From the NCBI GenBank assembly GCA_964016885.1, contig OZ024754.1, forward strand, positions 26,288,001 to 26,352,000: a stretch of DNA of 64,000 nt, written 5' to 3'. The notes under the pieces are model-generated. The model had not been told where the DNA came from, made no database searches, and was given only the letters and a program-made list of their open reading frames with translations. Origin of the DNA: Eledone cirrhosa. Taxonomy: Eukaryota. The translations under genes were made by a program, and so were the position numbers. This document shows positions 1 through 11,271 of this stretch, in pieces (position 1 is the first letter of the stretch; the number at the start of each line of letters is the position of its first letter).

Positions 1-232
1 TCCAGAGAGATTCAGCGTGACACATTCTGTGACAGAGCTGTCCCTTTGAATTACAGTTATGGTCAATCAGATGGGCTTAAAAACACTTTCCACCTCCCCA
101 AATTCACTCACAAGGCTTGCTTTTACTCGGAACCAAGGTATGATAAATAAATAAATAAACTTGCCAAAGATACCATGTACCGCTATCGAACCCGATACCT
201 TAAGATGGGGAAGTGAACTTCTTAACCACCAA
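1..232 (-). mobile_element. tRNA-derived SINE fragment
   Basis: Minus strand reads gtggttaagaagttcac...tcgggttcgatagcgg, an A-box/B-box-like tRNA head. A similar head occurs at 60660-60800. Confidence 0.5.
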
Positions 233-790
233 GTAAAGAATATTTAAGTTAAACTAAAGTGTATAAATGTAACAAGCAGACGATCGCCGTGGGTGATGAT
301 GTCACGTCGGTGGTCGTCTCATATTTTAAGTAGTTTATCATTTGAGCTGTCATAACTAATCTTATCTTTCACCATATTTTTCTTTCAAACCAAATCTCCA
401 ATTTATCACTATCTTTCACGCTTTACCACGATTTTCTCTCCATCTTCTCTGCCAATGAAATCTCTCAAAGTCTCTCTTTTGATGTCTCTCCTCGTCCCTT
501 TAGTCTTCTCCTCTTCTTCCTTTTCTCGTTCTCTCACACATTCTCCTCTATCCCTGTCAATGTTTCTGACCCTCCCTCTTCCCCGTCATATTCTCCCGCC
601 CCAGTTTTCCCCATCTATCTCTTTTTTTCCAACAGAACTCCACCAAATTTCTTTTTCTTTTATTTGTGTCCAACTCCCCCGATTTATAATATATGCCGCG
701 AAGCCATTGCTTTCATACTTACACACACACATATATATGTACACACACACACATGTACACACACACACACAAACACACACACAATCACAC

Positions 791-821
<31 letters not shown>

Positions 822-865
822 CAGAGTAGGGCATAAAGATAGCCCACATTTTGAAAGGATATAAT

Positions 866-890
<25 letters not shown>

Positions 891-896
<6 letters not shown>

Positions 897-1312
897 GTTA
901 AAAATGTACATCCACATATGTATACTGAAATACTAGTATGCATATGAATACACACACGTGTACATATGTAGATGTACCGAGTTTTTCACTGGTCACTTTA
1001 CTGTGAGTGTCCAGCTATTCTGTATGTAAACACCGGAAGATAGGTAAATATTGCTGATGAGATGTAACAACATCGAAACTAGTCCAATATTCCTTGTCTG
1101 GCTTTCTGGAGAATAGAGGAAAGGTGTTTCCTCAAAAACCAGTATGACTCTAAAAACCGGTTTGTCTGTGTGTTTACATACAGAATAGCTGGACACTCAC
1201 AGTAAAGTGACCAGTGAAAAACTCGGTACATCTACATATGTACACGTGTGTGTATTCATATGCATACTAGTATTTCAGTATACATATGTGGATGTACATT
1301 TTTAACTTAATT
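891..1312 (+). mobile_element. Fold-back non-coding element with ~143-bp inverted arms enclosing a hammerhead ribozyme (PLE-derived)
   Basis: 891-1033 is the reverse complement of ~1170-1312. It follows a (TA)n tract and has an HHR in the ~135-bp loop. Confidence 0.75.
1047..1091 (+). ncRNA. Minimal type-I hammerhead ribozyme
   Basis: aatattg|CTGATGA|gatgt-aaca-acatc|GAAA|ctag|TC|caatatt. Perfect 7-bp helix I, 5-bp helix II, palindromic minimal helix III and a GUC cleavage triplet. Confidence 0.9.
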
Positions 1313-1379
1313 GTTTAAGCGTCAGTCATACAAAAGTGAGTTACAAACGAAACGAAATTTAATTTCGTTTCGTTATTTG

Positions 1380-1421
<42 letters not shown>

Positions 1422-1429
1422 TATATATA

Positions 1430-2275
1430 TAATTTCGTTTCTGAATTTGTTTAGCAAGATTCTTTATCTGAAAACGTGTGTTGAAACCGATATTGTTATA
1501 CTTTGGGAGGGTCATGTTGCCAATAAGAAACACACGCACCAGAAACCAGTTGCTTTTACTTCAATTTATTATAATAAATTTATAAATTTAGGAATTTATA
1601 CATTTCCGGTTGGTTGGTTGGTTGGTTCCACAACCAGATGGCTGTTTATATATTGTCAAAGTTCTTTCGTCACACATTCTGTGACCTCTTTAGTGACTAG
1701 GGATTCCTTTCTTTGTTTTTGTGGCTCTCCTTTGTTCTGTCCCACGCCATCTTGTTTCTGTGTGTGTGTTGTGTGCTCAGTCTGCGCATGCGCCTCATCC
1801 GGGTGTCTGTGTGTGTTTATATTCGTTTATTTATTTGTTTATTTACATGTTACTGGTTGGTTGTTTGTTCTATGTGCGTGTGTGTTTTCATTCTGTCCTT
1901 AATTGTAAGTTGTGATGTTGCTGTTCCACTCATATTTTCTATTTAATTTTGGTTGGAGTTCATTTATGTTTATTCCCTCTGTGATTTGTCTAAACAATGC
2001 GTCTTTTCTGTGTGTAGATTCTATTTTTATTTCTATGTTCTTTAATTTACCCTTATGTTCTATTTTAGCATGTTGGTAGAGTACAGATGATTATTAACTA
2101 TCTTGATGATTCTTTACTATCCAAAATTAAATAGAAAACATGAGTGGAACAGCAACATCACAACTTACAATTAAGGACAGAATGAAAACACACACGCACA
2201 TAGTACAAACAACCAACCGGTAACATGTAAATAAACAAATAAATAAACGAATATAAACACACATGGACATCCGGA
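1430..2275 (-). mobile_element. Penelope-like element 3' end/pseudo-LTR with a short inverted duplication; diverged relative of 11717-14265
   Basis: 1430-2105 aligns with the reverse complement of 13570-14265 (GIY-YIG tail plus 3' UTR). 2121-2275 is an inverted copy of ~1795-1952. Flanked by (TA)n. Confidence 0.8.
1655..1698 (-). ncRNA. Hammerhead ribozyme, degenerate (G5 to A core change)
   Basis: Minus strand: agtca|CTAAAGA|g-gtcac..gtgac|GAAA|gaac|TT|tgac. Homologous to the intact copy at 13997. Confidence 0.6.
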
Positions 2276-2347
2276 TTTTAGTCTTCAAATTTATTATTAT
2301 TACTATATATATATATATACACATATATATATTTATATGTATATATG

Positions 2348-2393
<46 letters not shown>

Positions 2394-2397
<4 letters not shown>

Positions 2398-2748
2398 TAA
2401 TAAAAACAATGAATAAAAACAAAGAAACAGTTCCTTATATTAAAAAATTCATCATTTTACGATCGTTTCTAGTACATATATGTGTGTGTTGGTATGCATA
2501 TCATATAGATCTATGTAAACATTTTACAAACTATCAGAGGGAATATACATACCTACACATTATTTCTGAAGACAACATATATATGTGTAGGTATGTATAT
2601 TCCCTCTGATAGTTTGTAAATTTTTACATAGATCTATATGATATACATACCAACACACACATATATATCCTAGAAACGATAATAAAATGATGAATTTTTT
2701 AATATAAGGAACTGTTTCTTTGTTTTTATTCATTGTTTTTATTAATTT
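2394..2748. repeat. Long inverted repeat with ~165-bp arms and a ~24-bp loop
   Basis: aaattaataaaaacaatg...cctacaca / tgtgtagg...cattgtttttattaattt with a few mismatches. Follows (TA)n. Confidence 0.8.
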
Positions 2749-2868
2749 ATCTTGACTCTGTTTTCCTGTGATTTTCATCGAAAACATTTTTGAATACATC
2801 TCTTTTCATGATATTTGGATTACATTGAGTTCTTCATACGGATTGGACACTACCGTATATTTTGGTAG

Positions 2869-2905
<37 letters not shown>

Positions 2906-3106
2906 GATAGAGTAAGACACGCTTCGCATCGGCTCCGCTATTCCATCGGGATTTACCCTTACTATTGTAAGTACCGGATAAAATTTTTAGTGCAACACAT
3001 TTGGAACACTAACCCCTGTTATTTAGGGAAACATTTTTGCATTTACCCCCTTTTTAGGGGGTAAAATAAATATCTATTTTTGCCGAAAAATTTCTTTCTT
3101 GGCAGC

Positions 3107-4942
3107 ATGGCGGAAAAGATGGCAGACATGTCTGCCATTAGCTCTGCCACGCCCCCCAAGTCTGAAGAACAAAAAATAATTACAACAAAATTAGACATTG
3201 AAACAAACAAACAAAATGAAAAAACAAATGTTAAGGAAAATGAGCAAACAGAAAACAAACAAACAGAAAATAATACAAATAACGACAGGGCAACTTTCGC
3301 CCAGAAAACAAAGCAATCCATTACATACACACCAATTGACCTAACTGCCGCCAGAGAAAAACTGGCCGAAGCAAAGAAACATATTGTTTTGGGAGAGAAC
3401 GGAATGTTTTCCATTAACTCCCCCCCAGAATTCAAGAAAGCCAGAGAAGAAAACACAGTTATATACAGAACTATACTAAACCAGTCAAGAAAGCCAGCAC
3501 AGCCCAGCCAAATGGAAATAGAGTTAGTCCTAAAAGACTATATGAAGAATATTCTCTTCATACGAAAGGACCGACTCTATGGCAGCATTTCGGTCCTAAC
3601 AAGAGACAAAGAAACGGCGGTTCAGCTTTCCCTAAGCCCACTCTCGTCGACAACATATAGCTTCTATCCCTCCTACATGGGTAGAAGAACACAGAGGGTA
3701 AAAGTAAAAACAATGCTGCCCACAATGGACTTCTGGTGGGCTATTGCTGGCTTCATTGATATGGGCGAAGACACTATGCTGTCAATGGGGAAGGCAACTG
3801 GAGATGCGTTCCTGGGAATGGGCCTCGACATACTAGTCCAAATGAGGCCCGAAAGAATAGCACAAATCCCGGATCGCATCTGGCTGGATGACCTTACCCC
3901 AATAGACATAATTGTAGAGGGGAGAAGACCAGCATGCTATTTATGCATGGAAAGGGGACACGTTAAGGCTAACTGCCCGAAACGTATCCCCCAAAAAGGA
4001 CTATTGCCCACACCCACCACAAACAGTACACCAGCACCACCCACCTCCAAAAATACACTAATACCACACACAGCAAACAAAATACAGACACCACCAACCA
4101 CAAACACAACACAAACATCACCACCACCAGCACCAAACACAAGCACGACACAAAAATCACCACCACCAACCACAACACAAACATCACCACCACCATTACC
4201 AACCACAAGCACGACACAAACATTACCACCACCACCACCACAAAACCCATTCCAAACAAATAATAAAAAAAACAGTAACAAATCTACCCCTCCCGCAAAA
4301 AAAAAACAACCACACAACACGTCCCTCCCACCTAGCGCTGAAGAGTTTCCCCCAACTTCTGAAGAAGAAGGAGGAGAAGCCTTCAGACAAGTTAAAAGAA
4401 AAAAAAGAAAACACACACCCAGCACACCACAAATAACCCACACACAAACACCAACTCCAATCAAAAACACCCCACCCTCAACAAACAAAAATAAATCTGC
4501 GCCTCCCCTCTCCGAAACATTGACAGCATCACAAAAAAAGACGTTGCAATACACATATATAAATAAAGAAAACAAAAAACTGGTTAAATTAATAAACAAT
4601 AACCCTATGGTGCAGACCGAAGGGCCAAACTTTATCTCAACAGAGAACTTCACCCATTTAAAAATGATAAAGGTCCCTCTGGACCTTTATCGTTCCTTAA
4701 AAGAACAATTTAGACGGGACGTGAGCCCCCCCTGTTTAAAACCGTTGAATCGCGTCCTCTTGAAAGATTTCCCCATAACCGCCCCTCTCCCTGACACAAC
4801 TCCAAATACCCCAACCCCACCACACACGTGTACCCCCACACCACCACAAAACATCCCTCCACCCAACACACCTGATGCCATGGAAATTACGCAACCCGGA
4901 GAGGTAAGTGCTTTTCTTTCTTCACTTTCAACACCAAAATAG
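3107..4942 (+). CDS. Tx1 ORF1, gag-like nucleic-acid-binding protein with a CCHC zinc knuckle and a Pro/Thr-rich C-terminal half
   Basis: First ATG at 3107 (gcagcATGgcg); CYLCMERGHVKANC knuckle; immediately upstream of ORF2. Confidence 0.85.
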   Translation: MAEKMADMSAISSATPPKSEEQKIITTKLDIETNKQNEKTNVKENEQTENKQTENNTNNDRATFAQKTKQSITYTPIDLTAAREKLAEAKKHIVLGENGMFSINSPPEFKKAREENTVIYRTILNQSRKPAQPSQMEIELVLKDYMKNILFIRKDRLYGSISVLTRDKETAVQLSLSPLSSTTYSFYPSYMGRRTQRVKVKTMLPTMDFWWAIAGFIDMGEDTMLSMGKATGDAFLGMGLDILVQMRPERIAQIPDRIWLDDLTPIDIIVEGRRPACYLCMERGHVKANCPKRIPQKGLLPTPTTNSTPAPPTSKNTLIPHTANKIQTPPTTNTTQTSPPPAPNTSTTQKSPPPTTTQTSPPPLPTTSTTQTLPPPPPQNPFQTNNKKNSNKSTPPAKKKQPHNTSLPPSAEEFPPTSEEEGGEAFRQVKRKKRKHTPSTPQITHTQTPTPIKNTPPSTNKNKSAPPLSETLTASQKKTLQYTYINKENKKLVKLINNNPMVQTEGPNFISTENFTHLKMIKVPLDLYRSLKEQFRRDVSPPCLKPLNRVLLKDFPITAPLPDTTPNTPTPPHTCTPTPPQNIPPPNTPDAMEITQPGEVSAFLSSLSTPK

Positions 4943-4947
4943 ATCAA

Positions 4948-7900
4948 TTGAGAGTTGGCTGTTTGAACGCGCGTGGCCTGAGCTCAGCTTGGAAGCAAGC
5001 AAAGCTTCTAAGTGACCTCAGGTCACAAAGTATAGATGTGATGGTTGTTTGCGAGAGTCGGATCAGCAGCGTGAGACAGCTGGCGCCCGCCTTCGATGAC
5101 TTTGAGATGCACGCATCTCTCTGTCAACCCGGAGGCGGGGGGGGAGTTGCCGTACTGCTGGATAAACGTCTAACTCTCGACGTACAGATTGTTCACTCGG
5201 ACCCGGGGGGTCGATTACTGGTGCTGGACGTCGGAGGTGGTGAAGGCGGGGCTTTCAGACTGGTCGGTCTTTATGCTCCCTTCGGGGCGGAGAGAGCCGA
5301 CTTCTTCCAACGTCTGGAGACTTTTCTAGGAACGTCGCGTTCCCTGCTTTTAGTGGGGGACTGGAATGGAATCCTAGATGCGCGTTGGGACTATGCAGGG
5401 GCATGTCCCGATAGAGGGGGGTGTAGCAGCCTCAAGGGGTTACTCGATCGATTCGACCTGGTCGATAGATTTCGACTAGATTGTCCAACTGCGCCAACCT
5501 GGACCTGGGCAAACCGCAGTGGACAATCTAGATCGTACCTAGATAGGTTTTTGGTTAGGAGTAAGGATAGGGACGTATTTAGTTGTCCAGAACTGATCAT
5601 GGTTGGCTATTCAGATCACAAATTAGTGACCTGCGTGGTCAACCTTGATAGAACGCATAGACAGGGTCCCGGTTACTGGAAGATGAACTTGTCCTTACCG
5701 ACAAAGAAAGATTACAGAAACCGGATTAGTAGCTTAGTTAAGATGCGGTTGACGGGAGCGATCGTCAACAGTAGGTGGTGGATATCTCTAAAGAGAGAGA
5801 TTAGAGTAAGTTCGATAGGTTACAGTAAGGAACTAGCGGCGAATAGAAATAGGAGGGAAAGGGAGTTAACAGATAAACTAGAAGAGGCGATTAGGAGCGG
5901 AGACGTAGCCAGAGTGTTAGCGACGAGAACGGCATTGAGCCAGTTCTTTGACACGAAGCACGAAGGCTGCGTTGTCCGAAGTAAAATACGTGCTTTAGGA
6001 AACGAGGGGACCAAAGCTGTTAGCTGGGCCCGCGTGACAGAAGCCAAGAGTGGGATTAAATCCACCATTCGGTCTTTGCGAGACCAGGATGGACGGGTGA
6101 TCCTTGAACCTGAGCGAATGTGCGAGACCTTTCAAAGGCACTTTGCTCGACTGTTCGGAGGTGGCGGGGGGCCGGACGGGGATGTGGACTTCGGTCCATA
6201 CCTCGACGGTCTACCGCGTCTTTCGAGCGGCGAAGCGGAGTGCTGCGAAGGGCCAATCACAGCCACTGAAATCGGGGAAGCGCTCAGCCAATGCAGCAGA
6301 CGCAAATCCCCGGGTCTCGATGGTCTACCATACGAACTTTATTTAGCTATGCCGGTCTTGTTCTCCGAACTCCTCGAGGCTGTCTATTGCAACTGGCAAC
6401 AGAACGGGAGAATTCCCTGTTCTGTGACCAAGGGCGTGGTCACGCTAGTGAGGAAGGACGAGAGCAAGGGGGACGACTTAAGTAACTTTAGGCCCATAAC
6501 TCTGCTGAATGCAGAGTTACAGATTTTGGCCAAGGTGTTGGCGAAGAGGTTGGCGCTTGTGGTGGGTGGTTTGGTGGGAGACGCGCAGACATGCGCTATC
6601 CCGTCCAGGTCCATTCACGACAACCTCCACCTCATGCGATACATCATAGAGAGGGTTGGCTACGAACCCGGCTTTGGTGGGGCCCTGATCAACTTGGATC
6701 AATCTAAGGCGTTCGATAGGGTCGACCATGGTTACCTGGATGCGGTGCTAGCGGCGGCGGGCTTCGGACCCGTTTTCAGGGGCTGGATTTCTGCCATGCA
6801 CAGTGGCAACATCTACTCTAGGATTAAAGTAAACGGCTACCTCTCGGAGCCGTTTCAAATCACCCGATCCATCAGACAGGGGTGCCCCCTCTCCTCCCTT
6901 CTGTACGTATTGACTCTCGAGCCACTGCTGCGGAAGTTGGAGTTGCTGCGGGGCATACCCCTGGAACCGGGATTGCACAAAGCGGTCTCGGCCTATGCCG
7001 ACGACGTAACAGTAATGGTGGCGGACGCCTCGGAAATCGGGGCGATCGCCACCCTACTGGAGGAATACGAAAGGCTGACGGGGGCCAAGCTGAACCAGGA
7101 CAAGTCAGTCGGTTTGCAACTCGGAACGTGGAGGGGCAAACCGATGCCGTTAGACGGTGTCGTCGGGCGGTGGACGGAGGGCCCGGTGAAGCTGCTCGGG
7201 GTCTGGTTCGGACCGGACCTCCAGGTGGAGAAGAATTGGGGCGAGGTGACGAGCAGGGTGTTTGCGCTGACCCAGAAGTGGGCCAAGTGCAAACTATCAC
7301 TGAAAGGTCGGGCGGAGGTGACGAACGCTTACATAGCGTCCGTCATCTACTACCGCCTGACCGTCGTGCCTTGCCCCAAGGAAAAGCTCACCATCATGGA
7401 ACGCATGCTCTTCCAGTTCCTCTGGAAGAAGCGGCCTCCCATGGTGAGGAGATCCATCTGCTGCCAGCACCCTTCGAAAGGAGGGCTGGGTATGCCGTGG
7501 CTGTTGATGCGTAGGCACGCATTGAGGCTACGGCATCTACAGGTATTCCTCAACGGTCAGCCGGTGTGGGCCCCGTTTGTGAGGCGAGCCTTCCCACAGC
7601 TCGTCTCGCTCACCGAACTGCAATCCTGGGTGAAGCAAAGACCGAGAAAACTGGGCAACTGGCACACTGAGTGTGCCCAGGCGCTCACGGCTATCTGGCA
7701 AGCGGACCCGACTGTCAGTGGAGAATCCACCTCAACATTCTATAGAGGGTTGGTGGCTAGCAGGGGCGACGACACCCTTGGAGAGTCGCTAGGCATGGAG
7801 GAGGACGAACTGGCCAGCCTGTTCGGTAGAACTTTCGGCCCGGGACCCATGGACAACTTCCAGAGGTCCCTAGCCTGGCAGTGTTACCGGGGGGCTCTGC

Positions 7901-8376
7901 CCGTTCGAGAAAAGCTCTACAGACACGGGCGCCCGGGCAGGGATCCCGCGAAAAAGATCTGTCCCAGATGCGTGCGCGACGAGGAAACCGTTGCGCATGC
8001 ACTGGTACACTGCCCGGGCGTTGCCGATCTGTGGGGCTACGTCGAACGACTGCTGTCGCGTGTGGCGCCGATTCGATTAACCGCCGAGTCTGTGGTGAAC
8101 ATCAAGCCGCCTCCTCCCTTCAGAAATGAAGCAGAGGCGGTCTTTCTGTGCGTAATAGCCATGATGAAAGAGGTTGTGTGGTGGACGCGCCTGAAAGGTC
8201 TGAGGTCGGGTGACTTTCTCTCCGGCCATCACCTGGTTTACTTCTTCCGATACCACTTCGGAAGAAGAATCAGGATGGAGAGAGAAGTGCTTGGTCCCAG
8301 ACAGTTTTATGAAAGGTGGGTGAAAGAAGCGAGAATGGCCCGTGTAAATGGGCCTTCTCTCTACATTGTTCTGTAG
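4948..8376 (+). CDS. Tx1 ORF2: APE endonuclease, reverse transcriptase and C-terminal zinc finger
   Basis: APE motifs LNARGL, GDWN, SYLDRF and YSDH; GPGYWKMN; KSPGLDG; NFRPITLLN; LDQSKAFDRV; RQGCPLS; YADD; CPRC..ETVAHALVHC. The start is TTG, not ATG. Confidence 0.93.
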   Translation: MRVGCLNARGLSSAWKQAKLLSDLRSQSIDVMVVCESRISSVRQLAPAFDDFEMHASLCQPGGGGGVAVLLDKRLTLDVQIVHSDPGGRLLVLDVGGGEGGAFRLVGLYAPFGAERADFFQRLETFLGTSRSLLLVGDWNGILDARWDYAGACPDRGGCSSLKGLLDRFDLVDRFRLDCPTAPTWTWANRSGQSRSYLDRFLVRSKDRDVFSCPELIMVGYSDHKLVTCVVNLDRTHRQGPGYWKMNLSLPTKKDYRNRISSLVKMRLTGAIVNSRWWISLKREIRVSSIGYSKELAANRNRRERELTDKLEEAIRSGDVARVLATRTALSQFFDTKHEGCVVRSKIRALGNEGTKAVSWARVTEAKSGIKSTIRSLRDQDGRVILEPERMCETFQRHFARLFGGGGGPDGDVDFGPYLDGLPRLSSGEAECCEGPITATEIGEALSQCSRRKSPGLDGLPYELYLAMPVLFSELLEAVYCNWQQNGRIPCSVTKGVVTLVRKDESKGDDLSNFRPITLLNAELQILAKVLAKRLALVVGGLVGDAQTCAIPSRSIHDNLHLMRYIIERVGYEPGFGGALINLDQSKAFDRVDHGYLDAVLAAAGFGPVFRGWISAMHSGNIYSRIKVNGYLSEPFQITRSIRQGCPLSSLLYVLTLEPLLRKLELLRGIPLEPGLHKAVSAYADDVTVMVADASEIGAIATLLEEYERLTGAKLNQDKSVGLQLGTWRGKPMPLDGVVGRWTEGPVKLLGVWFGPDLQVEKNWGEVTSRVFALTQKWAKCKLSLKGRAEVTNAYIASVIYYRLTVVPCPKEKLTIMERMLFQFLWKKRPPMVRRSICCQHPSKGGLGMPWLLMRRHALRLRHLQVFLNGQPVWAPFVRRAFPQLVSLTELQSWVKQRPRKLGNWHTECAQALTAIWQADPTVSGESTSTFYRGLVASRGDDTLGESLGMEEDELASLFGRTFGPGPMDNFQRSLAWQCYRGALPVREKLYRHGRPGRDPAKKICPRCVRDEETVAHALVHCPGVADLWGYVERLLSRVAPIRLTAESVVNIKPPPPFRNEAEAVFLCVIAMMKEVVWWTRLKGLRSGDFLSGHHLVYFFRYHFGRRIRMEREVLGPRQFYERWVKEARMARVNGPSLYIVL

Positions 8377-8607
8377 GTGAAGAAGTGAAGAGGAAAGGGG
8401 GAGCGCCTCCTCTCTGGGCTTCCCCCGCGAAAAGAGTTGCACACTTTTCGGGGGTATGTGCAATCCCCAACACGCCCCCTCCCTTTTGAGGACCTTTTAT
8501 TGTTATATTATTATTGTTATTCCTTTTTTCTTTACTCGATTTATGTAAACTCCCCCACTGTGTAAATGTCCCCTTCTTTTGTGCCCTCGTGGCAAATAAA
8601 TAGAAAT

Positions 8608-8899
<292 letters not shown>

Positions 8900-9235
8900 G
8901 TAATGTAAGGGCTAGCATACTTTATGTGGTGAGCACAGGTACGTTAATTAATCAAACCTGTATTGAGGAAAAGAAAACAATGTTGAACAATAATCAACAA
9001 TAATCAACAACAAACAACAACAACAACAACAACAAGAAACACATGTAAAGAGGGGTGTGTTTTGTGGAACTCTAAAGTAAAACAAATAGTAAAATTTGAA
9101 ATGATTTGACGCCCCTGGGTGGCAGTTATTGTAGTTGAAAATAGAGAATGGAGCGAGGAAGAAAGGATAGTGTCGGGTTTATATAACAGTTAACAGGCTT
9201 TAGTGGTGTTAACTTGTTGATGACACACAGACATA

Positions 9236-9276
<41 letters not shown>

Positions 9277-9325
9277 TTATATGCGTTTGTGTGTGTATAT
9301 ATCTATATATATATATGTGTGTGTT

Positions 9326-9370
<45 letters not shown>

Positions 9371-9485
9371 TTGTGTGTGTATATATATATATATATAGTT
9401 GAAAAGGTGGGTAAAGTTTCATAGAAAACAAAGGTGGGTGTATGTGTCTGTATATATATATATATACATACATACAAACGTACGT

Positions 9486-9540
<55 letters not shown>

Positions 9541-9547
9541 CACACAC

Positions 9548-9615
<68 letters not shown>

Positions 9616-9620
<5 letters not shown>

Positions 9621-9739
9621 AATAAAGTTAAATAAAAGTCAAATTTTACACTACTCCGGAGTAACCAAACCAACCTGCGCACTTCGTCGAGTGCTCCAGC
9701 CTGCATACTGAGGTGTTGGTATACAACCAACATAAACTC

Positions 9740-9745
<6 letters not shown>
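9616..9745 (-). mobile_element. ~130-bp mini-element made of both termini of the PLE at 29665-32140
   Basis: Reverse complement matches 29665-29745 (atgttggttgtataccaacacctcagtatgcag...gcgcaggttggtttggtta) and 32113-32138 (tttgacttttatttaactttattt). (TA)n on both sides. Confidence 0.7.
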
Positions 9746-9787
<42 letters not shown>

Positions 9788-9797
9788 CATACTTACG

Positions 9798-9843
<46 letters not shown>

Positions 9844-9850
9844 CACACAC

Positions 9851-9915
<65 letters not shown>

Positions 9916-9924
9916 CATACTTAC

Positions 9925-9961
<37 letters not shown>

Positions 9962-10250
9962 CACATACTTAGGGTAGTAGGGTGGGTAATATGAAAGGAT
10001 TTCATCAGACAGCAAAATTGAGTAAATGGTTACGTTTCCGAGGTAATTATGGATGCAAGGGAGCGGACTAAAAAAATAAAGTTTTCGCTGGGGTTGTCAG
10101 GACATTGACCTGTCCACCCTGCCTTTTGTCTTTGCACACGGCACCAGACAGAATTATTTCTTTTATCATTCACTTTCATCTGGGAATGGTTTTGTATGAC
10201 GTCAGTTTGTGATTTGAACTCGGGAATTTTATATTCTCCGAGTGAGAAGA

Positions 10251-10332
10251 GCCTTCTGAAGATGGTTCCCTTCTCAATGGAGATCCACTTGGATTATCCG
10301 TTTATTTTGGAATTTGAAACCACGGTAAAGGC
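10251..10332 (+). ncRNA. Type-I hammerhead ribozyme with an extended helix II
   Basis: gcctt|CTGAAGA|tggttcc...ggaattt|GAAA|ccacgg|TA|aaggc. Confidence 0.7.
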
Positions 10333-10400
10333 ACATATAGTGAGTACAGCGAATTTAAAAAAAAATTATTTAAAACTTTTTCTCTATTTGCTAGACCTGG

Positions 10401-10477
<77 letters not shown>

Positions 10478-10779
10478 TTTACGTATCGAGAAAGAGAAAA
10501 AAAGGGGGGATAGGTGATACATATAGTTATTTGCCAAGTAGCGTATGCCAAAGGCGCTCGATACTAGTGCCGGCAGTATTAAATATTCGAAGTGTTAATA
10601 TTTAGTGGGCTAGAGAGTTAGCAGAGCGTAAGCACGTGGGAAAGTAAAAAATCGGAGAATAGACTGTTAAAACATGTTTATTTCAAATATCACCCACGTA
10701 CGTTTCGCCCAGTTGGGCTTCTCAAGGGCATAAATAATCACAAGTGTTCCTTATATTGCTCGGAAAGAGTTTTTGGGGT

Positions 10780-11271
10780 AACAACGTAGGCAGCAACAAT
10801 GATAGCCTTACCGTGGGAAATAGACGGAACCGCGACAGAAATTGCAACTGCCGCGACAGAGGACGCTGCCCCCTTAGAGGATACTGCTTGACTGATAGGG
10901 TTATATATAGATGCACTATTACTAGCCACAATAGCGTTAAACATTATATAGGGGCCACCTCCGGCCCGTTCAAAATTAGGTTTCGAACACATCTCCACTC
11001 TTTCACAAATAAAAAACTAAGGCACTCCACTTCGCTCGCGGACTACATCACATCACTAAAGGACTTAAACATCAGCTTCTCCACGCACTGGGAGATTGTC
11101 GGCAGGGCTGCACCGTACAACTTCAAGAAGAAATGCGATCTTTGCCTCATGGAACTCTACCACATCATAACTGTACCCCACGAGCTCATCAACAGCAGAG
11201 CTGAAACAGCGATAAGTTGTACACATCGCTTAAAAATATCCTTCTTCAGATGGGTTAAGGATGAAGAGTGA
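10780..11271 (+). pseudogene. PLE GIY-YIG endonuclease domain, 5'-truncated
   Basis: CNCRDRGRCPL..CL..VIY...HYIGAT...FK.R..H..SF...WEIV...CDLC..E...LINSRAE...C.H. Confidence 0.85.

Larger units (their letters stand above)
2905..8608 (+). mobile_element. Full-length Tx1 (L1 clade) non-LTR retrotransposon inserted in a (TATC)n microsatellite
   Basis: Two long intact ORFs, 5' and 3' UTRs, AATAAA at 8595, and (TATC)n directly on both flanks (2868-2904 and from 8609). Confidence 0.9.

Noticed and set aside
4904-4942. 39-nt intron fusing Tx1 ORF1 and ORF2
   Set aside because: Removing it keeps the ORF1 frame and meets TGA two codons later; nearby AGs are also out of frame.
5391-8473. Antisense and alternate-frame ORFs inside Tx1 ORF2
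   Set aside because: Expected shadow ORFs of a GC-rich coding region.
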